From an uncultured delta proteobacterium (GTDB lineage Bacteria; Myxococcota; Kuafuiibacteriia; Kuafuiibacteriales; Kuafuiibacteriaceae), in the NCBI GenBank assembly GCA_963803435.1, contig CAWDML010000008.1, positions 640,001 to 704,000 on the forward strand: a stretch of DNA of 64,000 nt, read 5' to 3'. The notes below the pieces were generated by a model. The model saw only the letters and a program-made list of their open reading frames with translations. It had not been told where the DNA came from and did not search any database. Each line of letters opens with the position of its first letter. The first letter of the stretch is position 1. Both the position numbers and the translations under genes were made by a program. Shown piece after piece: positions 56,611-64,000 of this stretch.

Positions 56611-58090
56611 GTGGATCTCGGGATCTGGCGTGCGCGCCTCGTCGCCTACCGAGAGGCCACGCTCCCGCCCAGCACCGAGGTCGCGGCGCCCGCGCGCGAC
56701 CCGGCGTTCCCGATCCCGCCGACCTTTCCGCGAGACGGCTTGACCGAGGAGGCTCGCGCCGAGCTCGGCACGCGGCTCCTGGAGGGTGAGGTTCAGGCGC
56801 TGATGGCGTCCGGCGCTGCGATGACCGACGTCGGCCTCCAGGCGGTCTGCGGTCCGCTCGAGAGCTTCTTCGCCCAGGGGCTGGAAGCCGCGACGCGCGC
56901 GACGCCGGGGATCGAATCTCGCCCAGCTCCAGGCGCTCCTCCGGGCAGTGCTCGAGGATCGCTTCGCCGATCATCGCTTCCGCCGCGGCCACGACGATCC
57001 TCAGCTCGCCTGTCTGACCGACGCCCAGCGCGCGGAGTGGATGAAGCCCGTCTCGTATACCTCGGTCTGGCTCGACCCGGACTCGGAGGTGATCTTTCGC
57101 GAGCGCACCCGCGCCGCCGCCCAGCTTGCCGGCACCACGCTCACGGCGCTCGAGAGCGCGTTCGGGTCCGTCGACGACGCTCGGGCCCGTCACCGTGAGG
57201 TGGTGGACGAGCTCCGCGGCATCGACAAGAATGATCCCGCTCGCATCGAGAAGGCGCAGCTGGCGCAGCGGCGCGCGCAGGAGCTTCAGCTGCTGCTCAA
57301 CCTGACCGAGGTCTCCCGGCTCGGCGACCGCGCGGATCCAGCCCGCACCGCGGCGCTGAAGGACTGGTTCCGCAAGCACGAGATCAAGCACAACGCCAAC
57401 TATCTCGCGCCGCTGCAGGAGGTCCTCGAGACCAAGGATCTCCACTACACCAGCGGAGACACCTACGAGGATCCGCCTGCGTCCCAGCGGTTTGCGCTCT
57501 CCGCCGTCGTCTGTCTGCAGTGGCCGGACGCCGCAGTGCTCTCCGAGTGCACCGACGCGAACAAGCACATGATCTGCACGAACAGCGACAAGTACGGCAT
57601 TGTGCAAGGTAGCTTGCGGATCGTCGAACGGTACGAGGGCGCGAAGAAGAAGAGGCCGCTCCTGGTGATGGAGCGAATCTACCCGGACTACGCGATCGAG
57701 GAGAAGAAGCGACTGATCGATCACGCCCTCGAGCGCGCCCGAGCGCTCAGCATGCCGCTCGCGCTCCCGGAGGAGTACTTCTGGGGCTGCGAGCAGTTCA
57801 CCCGGACCGGTCTCGCCGCCGACGGCAAGGGCCAGGACGACGGCGTCCACATCCCCTCGATGGACGCATCGATCGAGGAGCTCGCGAGGAAGCGGTGCGC
57901 GCGGCTCCTCGCAGGGAAGGTGCTCCGGGTGAAGGCGACGATGGGGCCGTACGGCGTCGAGTACATCGATTCGGCGCCCCTCGGCGGGGCGGCGGCGCGC
58001 GGTCAGGCCCAGGCTCGGCGCTACGAGCTCGCCGATGCGTACTACGAGAACCAGTTCGTCGTGCTGATACCGAAGCGCGGCGGCGACTGA
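56611..58090 (+). CDS. ~492-aa hypothetical protein, paralog of the C-terminal part of 52628..56116 (frameshift at ~56915)
   Basis: Removing one A at GAATC 56914-56918 gives TPGIDLAQLQALLRAVLEDRF and joins ORFs 56611 and 56948. Confidence 0.78.
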
Positions 58091-58099
58091 GCGGCGAGC

Positions 58100-59929
58100 T
58101 CAGACCAGCTTTTCGAGCTGCTCGAGGCGGTGCACCGCCTGGAGGACCTGGCCCTTGTCGAAGTTGGGGGCTGGATCGCCCTTCCGGCCGGCGGGAACGG
58201 CGATGTCCTTGTGTCCGACGATGTTTCGGAGCGGGACGTCGTACTTCGCGACGAGGTAGGGCACGAGCTGTCGGAGCGCCTGATACTGCGCCGTCGTGAA
58301 CGGAGTGTGACCGCTCCCGTCGTTGGTGATCTCGATGCCGATGGAGCGCAGGTTGACGTCCGGCACGCCGTGCAGCACCGAATCGCCGGCGTGCCACGCC
58401 TTACGCCCATCGGGGACCAGCTGATAGATGGTTCCGTCCCGTCCGATCAGATAGTGAGCGCTCACCTCGGCGGCCGGGCTTCTGAGCGTCGCCAGATCCG
58501 CGGCGACGTCGTTCGACGCGGTGTGGTGGAGGACGATCGTGTCGATGTCGGTTCCCTCGCGCGACGACTGATTGGGCGAGGGCCTCGAGACGACTCGGGG
58601 CTTGGCGGAGTCGACCTTGATCAGCTCTCGGACCATCGCTCGGAACTGCGCGAGATCGATCGACCCGTCCTTCCCCAGCCCGGGGTGCGCATCCTCGAAG
58701 ACGCGCGAGCCATGCTGAGTGGTCGCGTCGAAAGTTCCGTCGACCTTCGACTGGGGGATGAGGTGCAGGTCGGCCATGACCTGCTCGGTCCTCCGCACGT
58801 CACCCGAGTGCTCGCCGAGGGCCTCCGCAGGGCTGAAGGCGGGGTTCTTGGGATCGGCCACGATGATGCTCTGCGCGAGGGGCGGCCGGGTCTCGGCGTC
58901 GACCGTCCCCGTGGGCTCGAGGCCCGCGCTGGCCTGAAACGTCGCCAACGCCTGGTCAATCGGATCGACGCCTGGCTCACGGGGGACATCGACGAACGCT
59001 TGCGGCGCGAAGCCCGCCGCGGTGAGCTCGTCGGCCAGGGACGGGGACGCGAGATGACCGTCTGAACGCACGACTCGAATTCGCCGTGGCAGGTGCTCGG
59101 CCTTGGGGTCGACCGTGGGCCGGGCCTTGGTCGAGGTCGGCGTATCACCCGGCCCCGGCCGGTCGACCTTCTTCGTCGCGACGGTGCCGTGCGCTCCCAC
59201 GGGCTCGCCGCTGCCGGAGCCCCCGGTCGCAGTGAGGCCGAGGATCGTGGGGACGGCGATGGCCGCAGTCGCGGCGATCGCGCCGGCAATCCGGAGCGGT
59301 CGCCCGATGCTCAGGCGCCACGAAGAGCCCTGCATGCGGAGCTGCTGAACACCGGCGCCATCGCCTCCGCGCGCGGCGAGCGCTGCCGCCAGCTGGTCGG
59401 CCACGGCGTCGGTCAAGAACAGGGCTGCCAACCGCTGCTCCGGCGTCGCGCCGCCGTCCGCCTCGGACCTCGGCTCCGCCTTCGCGAGGTCGACCTCGAG
59501 CTTGGCGACAATCGCGGGCGCGTTGTCGGCATCGATGTGGGGAGGGTCGCCGAGGAGCGGTGCGATCTCGGGGGGCACGATCGGGATCGGCTCCAGGGTG
59601 ACGGCGATCCGCTCGAGCACGTCGAGGAGCGCGCGCTCGACGCTGGTCGCCTTGGCGCCCTTTCCTTCGAGCTCCAGCTCGGCCATCGCCTGCGGAAACG
59701 CCGCCAGCACCTTCGACAGCTCCTCCCCGAACCGAAGCCCGAGGGCGAGGCGCGCCTCGGACGAGAGCGTGCCGACATCCGACGGGTGCAGGCCGTCGAG
59801 CGCGGATCGTGTCTGGCGCAGCCTCGCGTGGAGCTTGCCGTAGGCCTGCTTGTTGCCGCCGGCGACCTGTTCGGTCCGCCCGGCCGACCGCGCGAGAGCG
59901 CCGGCCGCGGACTCCAGCTTGAGGCTCAC
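58100..59929 (-). CDS. Membrane-anchored N-acetylmuramoyl-L-alanine amidase (Amidase_2) with two PG-binding domains and a long N-terminal helical region
   Basis: IVLHHTA, SAHYLIGRDG, AWHAG, SIGIEI, IVGHKDI; FQASAGL..TG.VD and DG.FD..T repeats; TM AGAIAATAAIAVPTILGL. Start uncertain (GTG 59929). Confidence 0.85.
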   Translation of the reverse strand: MSLKLESAAGALARSAGRTEQVAGGNKQAYGKLHARLRQTRSALDGLHPSDVGTLSSEARLALGLRFGEELSKVLAAFPQAMAELELEGKGAKATSVERALLDVLERIAVTLEPIPIVPPEIAPLLGDPPHIDADNAPAIVAKLEVDLAKAEPRSEADGGATPEQRLAALFLTDAVADQLAAALAARGGDGAGVQQLRMQGSSWRLSIGRPLRIAGAIAATAAIAVPTILGLTATGGSGSGEPVGAHGTVATKKVDRPGPGDTPTSTKARPTVDPKAEHLPRRIRVVRSDGHLASPSLADELTAAGFAPQAFVDVPREPGVDPIDQALATFQASAGLEPTGTVDAETRPPLAQSIIVADPKNPAFSPAEALGEHSGDVRRTEQVMADLHLIPQSKVDGTFDATTQHGSRVFEDAHPGLGKDGSIDLAQFRAMVRELIKVDSAKPRVVSRPSPNQSSREGTDIDTIVLHHTASNDVAADLATLRSPAAEVSAHYLIGRDGTIYQLVPDGRKAWHAGDSVLHGVPDVNLRSIGIEITNDGSGHTPFTTAQYQALRQLVPYLVAKYDVPLRNIVGHKDIAVPAGRKGDPAPNFDKGQVLQAVHRLEQLEKLV

Positions 59930-60201
59930 CTCCTCGGTGCTGAGTCCGAATCCGCGGCGCGGCTCCCGGCGAATCGGGGAGCACGAGCGGCGCGGGATCG
60001 CCCGAGCCGGTGGGCGTCGAGCGGGCCAGCCGTAGGACCTCGGCGAGCGCGGGGTTGGGTTCGGCTCCAGGACGGAAGGGAGGGAAGTCCATCTCGTCGA
60101 CAGCGTACCCACCGCGTCGGCCGGGCTCCGATTACCGCGAGTTTACAGGGCGAAGGATCCGGGACGCGACGCGGCCGTGCGTCCGTGCGAGGCTCGCGGC
60201 G

Positions 60202-61089
60202 ATGGAGGCAATCCGCAGCTACTTCGACGACGTCTCGCCGTATTCCTACCTCGCGTGGCGTGCGCTCCGACGACGTGACCTCGCGGTTCGGCCCACCCCG
60301 ATCGGGTTCGCGGCGCTGCTCGGGGCCGGCGGACCGCTCGGTCCCGCGGAGGTCCCCGCCAAGCGCACGTTCCTCATCCGCGATTGTCTCCGCCGCGCGC
60401 CCGCCTGGGAGCAGGGCCGCGACCTCTCCGACCTCTCCGTGCTCGAAGACGTGCTCCGCCCGGCGGGCCTCCCCACGGATCCCGCCGTCAAGGAGCGCCT
60501 GCGGAGGCAGACCGACGAAGCGATCGCGCCGGGCGTCTCGTTCGAGGTCGGTGGCGAGATCGTGTGGGGCAGCGCTCGATTCGACGATGGGATCGTGATC
60601 GCCGAGGGCCGCAGCGCGCTCGACGACACCCTGGTCGCGTCGCTCGCGGAGCGCCCGGCCGGAGTGGTTCGCAAGGCGGCTCGGGGGACAATCGATCCCG
60701 CGATCGCCGCCCGCGTCCGCCAGATCTTCGAGAAGGCCAGCTTCGTCCGTAGCCTCGGCATCCGCGTCGAGACGATCGCACCCGGCGTGGTGACCAGCGC
60801 CCTCATCGCCACCGAGTCGCACCTCCAGCAGGACGGTCTCATCCACGCCGGCGTGATCACGACGCTCGCCGATCACACGGCCGGCGCCGCCGCGGGCACC
60901 GGCGCCGAGCGACCACTCACCATCGAGCTCAAGATCAATCTCCTCCGCCCGGCGCGCGGTCCCGAGCTCCGCTGCCGCGCCACGATCCTCCGCGCCGGCC
61001 GGACCATCGCGGTGGTGGAGTCGGAGGTCTTCGACGGCGCGCTGCTGGTGGCGAAGGCGACGATCACCCTGGCGGTGCGCTCGGCGTGA
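60202..61089 (+). CDS. In-frame fusion of an internally deleted DsbA/HCCA-isomerase-like domain and a PaaI thioesterase
   Basis: YFD.VSPYSYLA, GPAEVPAKR, KERLRRQTDEA, F.V..E..WG; then HLQQDGLIHAGVITTLADHTAG, LTIELKINLLRPA. Confidence 0.7.
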   Translation: MEAIRSYFDDVSPYSYLAWRALRRRDLAVRPTPIGFAALLGAGGPLGPAEVPAKRTFLIRDCLRRAPAWEQGRDLSDLSVLEDVLRPAGLPTDPAVKERLRRQTDEAIAPGVSFEVGGEIVWGSARFDDGIVIAEGRSALDDTLVASLAERPAGVVRKAARGTIDPAIAARVRQIFEKASFVRSLGIRVETIAPGVVTSALIATESHLQQDGLIHAGVITTLADHTAGAAAGTGAERPLTIELKINLLRPARGPELRCRATILRAGRTIAVVESEVFDGALLVAKATITLAVRSA

Positions 61090-61922
61090 TCTCCCTGTGG
61101 CCCGCACCTCCCCTGCGCGAGATCTATCGTTCGGCGCGGAGCTATCCGCGCCACACCTTTGTCTATGCGCCTCCCTCGGCCGAGCGACTGGCCCGCGTCC
61201 AAGCGCTCTTCCGCACCGTCGCGGTCTCGCTCGCCCCCGGCCCTCCGCCGCGCGCGCTGGTGCGTCAGGCCAAGGAGGTCGGCTTCGATCTCCTGCGCGC
61301 CGCCGGCGACAGCGGAGACGTCCTCTGGGTCCTCCGCGAGCCCGGAGAGCAGCGGAACGCGAACGGGCTCTATGCCCTCCGCGCGGGCGGATTCCCGATC
61401 TGCGTCCAGGCTCCCCACACCTTCTTCGACGAGGGGAGCGGTCAGGCCGCCCTCGAGCTCTTTCGCGACATGCGGGCGGCCTGCTTCGCCATCAACACCG
61501 TCGACCGGAGGAAGATCGACGTCGCGCACGCCGAGTCGAGCGTGTACCTCTCCGCCACCCTTGGCCTGCTCGAGGCGACGCGCTGGCCCATCATCCAGCT
61601 GCACGGCTTCGGTGAAGGCGAGAAGGTTCCGCCCACCGCGAAGGCGGTGATCTCGAGCGGCTGCGACTCCACCACGCTCACCGCGGCGCTCGAGCCCCTG
61701 CTCGAGCCGTCGTACGGCGAGGTCCTGGTCTATCCGCGAGACACGCGCGTCCTGGGCGCCACCACCAATCGACAGGGCATCGCGGCGCGTGCGGCGTCGA
61801 TCCCTTTCCTTCACCTCGAGATGAGTCGCAACCTACGGCGGACCGTGGCGCAGAACGCCCGCCCGCTGGCGGCCGCGCTGCGCCGAGTGCTGGACGGTCT
61901 TCCGAGCGCCGCCGCGAGGTAG
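61086..61922 (+). CDS. Hypothetical protein (hydrolase-like QAPH..FD, D.AH, QLHGF, HLEM motifs)
   Basis: Coding-like ORF coupled to the upstream stop; spaced His/Glu motifs. Confidence 0.7.
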   Translation: MISLWPAPPLREIYRSARSYPRHTFVYAPPSAERLARVQALFRTVAVSLAPGPPPRALVRQAKEVGFDLLRAAGDSGDVLWVLREPGEQRNANGLYALRAGGFPICVQAPHTFFDEGSGQAALELFRDMRAACFAINTVDRRKIDVAHAESSVYLSATLGLLEATRWPIIQLHGFGEGEKVPPTAKAVISSGCDSTTLTAALEPLLEPSYGEVLVYPRDTRVLGATTNRQGIAARAASIPFLHLEMSRNLRRTVAQNARPLAAALRRVLDGLPSAAAR

Positions 61923-61938
61923 GAGACGCTGACCGCGA

Positions 61939-62301
61939 TCAGCGCTTCCCACCGAGGTAGCTCAAGGGAAGGAGCGAGAGCAGGAAGGTGGTGTGATACC
62001 AGACCGGGAACTTGTCCCAGAGCACGATGTGCTGTGGGATGAACAGCGCCAGCAGCACCGCACCGGTCACCAGGCGCGCGATCTTCGATCGTCTTGCGAC
62101 GACGGACGTGACCCACCCGGCGAGCAATGTCGCCAGCGCGCCGATGGCGAGTCGCGCGAGCATCATCGGCAGCGTGAAGGTCATCTGAGCAGCGACGGCG
62201 GCGTACTGCGGCCACGACGCCCGCATGACCCAGCCGACCGCCGTGGCGGCGGCCATCCACGCGGCCAGCCCTGCGATGACGCCTAGAATGCTCCTTGCCA
62301 T
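61939..62301 (-). CDS. Small four-TM membrane protein
   Basis: GGGGAG RBS; MARSILGVIAG...FPVWYH. Confidence 0.82.
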   Translation of the reverse strand: MARSILGVIAGLAAWMAAATAVGWVMRASWPQYAAVAAQMTFTLPMMLARLAIGALATLLAGWVTSVVARRSKIARLVTGAVLLALFIPQHIVLWDKFPVWYHTTFLLSLLPLSYLGGKR

Positions 62302-62334
62302 GCGTCTCCCCCGCACCTCGTGTCGAGCGAGACT

Positions 62335-63111
62335 CTAAGGAAGGTCGTCGCAGCGGGTCTTGGAGAAATCGGCCACCGCGTGGGACGCCAGATGATGCGG
62401 CGTTGCGCCCGCGAGTCGCGTCACCTCCTGCGTCAAGTGGGCCTGGTCGAAATAGCCGGCGTCGGATGCCAGCGCCGCGCCGGGACGGCTCGGCGCGTCC
62501 TCGATCTGGTGGAGCGTCGCCTGAAAGCGGACGATGCGGGCGAAGCACTTGGGACCGTAGCCGAGCCAACCACGCATGAGGCGATGCAAGTGCCGCGGGC
62601 TCACGCCACAGCGGGTGGCCACGTTCGAGACCCGGATGCACCCGCGCTCGCGTTCAATCTCGTGCACGGCCCTCGCGACCACATCGGGCACGTGCGCGCT
62701 GCCGATGCGGTCGATGAGAAAGCGCTCGAGCGTGTCGATGTATTGCGCCGGCGTGGACGGAGCGTCCGACGACCCCACCCTCATCTCGAGGCGTCGCCCG
62801 ACGGTCCGATCCGCGGGCACGCCGCTGACGATGACGGCGACCCCCGGCCGCAATCGCACTCCGACCAGCGTCGCGGGCGAGGTGAATCGGCGTTCGTCGG
62901 GTTGGATGAGCGGGCCGCGAAGAAGCCATCCCGAGGTTCGGCCGTCCTCGATCCGGATCGAGATCGCGGTGCTGCCGTCCGGTACGACCCGGAGAATCGC
63001 ACCGCGTTGCGCCTCGATGACCCAGAAGCATCCGACGTACGGACGCAGCAGCTCTGCGGCTTCGCGGAAGCGAATCTCCGCGCCCTCGATCTGCGTGCTC
63101 GAAATGCTCAT
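62335..63111 (-). CDS. AraC-family transcriptional regulator (DUF6597-type N-terminus)
   Basis: LRPYVGCFW, VVPDG, GVRLRPG, SPRHLHR...GYGPK.FARIVRF, GYFDQAHL. Confidence 0.9.
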   Translation of the reverse strand: MSISSTQIEGAEIRFREAAELLRPYVGCFWVIEAQRGAILRVVPDGSTAISIRIEDGRTSGWLLRGPLIQPDERRFTSPATLVGVRLRPGVAVIVSGVPADRTVGRRLEMRVGSSDAPSTPAQYIDTLERFLIDRIGSAHVPDVVARAVHEIERERGCIRVSNVATRCGVSPRHLHRLMRGWLGYGPKCFARIVRFQATLHQIEDAPSRPGAALASDAGYFDQAHLTQEVTRLAGATPHHLASHAVADFSKTRCDDLP

Positions 63112-63220
63112 CAGCGACAAGTCATCGCACACCGGACGATCGCCTGACGATCCCCTCGGCGCCGGGGCCTCCGCGCCGGGAGAACCCGACTGAGGAGACT
63201 CTCTCGGCGACGCGCTCGAT

Positions 63221-63994
63221 CTATTCGTTCACCGCAGCCCGGAGCTGGTGCGGCTTCATCGCGGCGCCGGGTACGTCGAACACCAGCGGCTTTCGATCCG
63301 TCTTGCCGCCTGCGCCGAGCATGGCTGCGTTGCCGAAGGTGGTGCCGTCGCGCGTCTCGACGCCGTATCCTTCGTGGACGTGCCCGAAGAGGTGGAGGTG
63401 CGGCCTCACCTGCTGGACGCGCTCGCCGAGCGGCCTGCAGCCGACCGACCAGCCTCGCGCCGTCCGATCGAGAACCTCGTACGGTGGACCGTGGGTCACG
63501 AGCACGTCGGTGTCGTCGGGGATGTTCTTCCATACACCGGCCCGCACCACGTCGGAGCGGAGCTCGAACGCGCCGTCCCCGACTCTGGGCACGACCGGCG
63601 ACCCGTAGATCTTCACACCCTCGATCACGACGGCTTCGTCCTTGAGGTAGACGGCGTTCGTCAGCAGCGTCTGTCCCGAGTTGCCCACTCGGCCGAGGAG
63701 CAGGTCGTGGTTCCCGGCGATGACCACCTTGTGGCGGTGCGGGAGCGAGCCCAGCCACGCGTCGAACCTCCGGAGCTCCGATCGATCGGCATCGCGGCTG
63801 AAGTCGCCGGCGTGGATGAAGATGTCGCCGGGTGGGATCGAGATCTGCTCGTGGCGCCCGTGCGTGTCTGAGACGCAGACAATCCGGATCGTCCGACCTT
63901 GGGGCTCGAGCTCGATGACCTCGGCGCGCCCGGGCGGCGGTGCCCGACGGTCGGTCGCGCGCTTCCCAGGAGAGACGGAGCCGGCCCCCAGCAT
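63221..63994 (-). CDS. Metallophosphoesterase (MPPED/239FB-like)
   Basis: SDTH, HAGD, IAGNHD, LVTHGPP, HLFGHVHEG; start uncertain at the window edge. Confidence 0.9.
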   Translation of the reverse strand: MLGAGSVSPGKRATDRRAPPPGRAEVIELEPQGRTIRIVCVSDTHGRHEQISIPPGDIFIHAGDFSRDADRSELRRFDAWLGSLPHRHKVVIAGNHDLLLGRVGNSGQTLLTNAVYLKDEAVVIEGVKIYGSPVVPRVGDGAFELRSDVVRAGVWKNIPDDTDVLVTHGPPYEVLDRTARGWSVGCRPLGERVQQVRPHLHLFGHVHEGYGVETRDGTTFGNAAMLGAGGKTDRKPLVFDVPGAAMKPHQLRAAVNE

Positions 63995-64000
63995 GCGAGG

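Noticed and set aside
56900-56950. Programmed ribosomal frameshift in the 56611 gene (and the other split genes)
   Set aside because: No slippery heptamer; the break coincides with the recurrent GATC->GAATC insertion, better explained as sequencing error.
1-64000. High density of CTCGAG/TCGA/GATC palindromes as a repeat element
   Set aside because: Largely explained by codon usage (CTC-GAG, ATC-GAG, GTC-GAC) within CDSs; no discrete element. No tRNA, rRNA, IS or integrase was recognised either.

Overview
Very GC-rich, gene-dense chromosomal segment. It is most consistent with a Myxococcota/deltaproteobacterial genome: Ser/Thr kinases, a PEGA/Kelch/ECF cluster, Cys-rich lipoproteins, a STAND regulator and a Myxococcus-like LexA box before dinB. 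I count about 45 genes or gene remnants and recognise no rRNA, tRNA, CRISPR array or transposase. The standout locus is 48433-58090. It is a translationally coupled four-gene operon in which a full glutamyl-tRNA synthetase-like module (HPGN/KLSKR plus anticodon domain) sits inside a 1253-aa protein otherwise made of cell-surface-type repeats. That gene lies downstream of a 1162-aa unknown protein, the operon is bracketed by two paralogous ~145-aa genes, and a divergent gene is a stand-alone paralog of the large protein's C-terminal domain. Three other patterns recur. Four frameshifts are the same GATC->GAATC insertion, probably a methylation-linked long-read error. Many genes appear leaderless (TAnnnT 6-8 nt before the start codon). 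Several compact deletion scars join fragments of former genes. All assignments come from motif recognition by eye; no database search was run.
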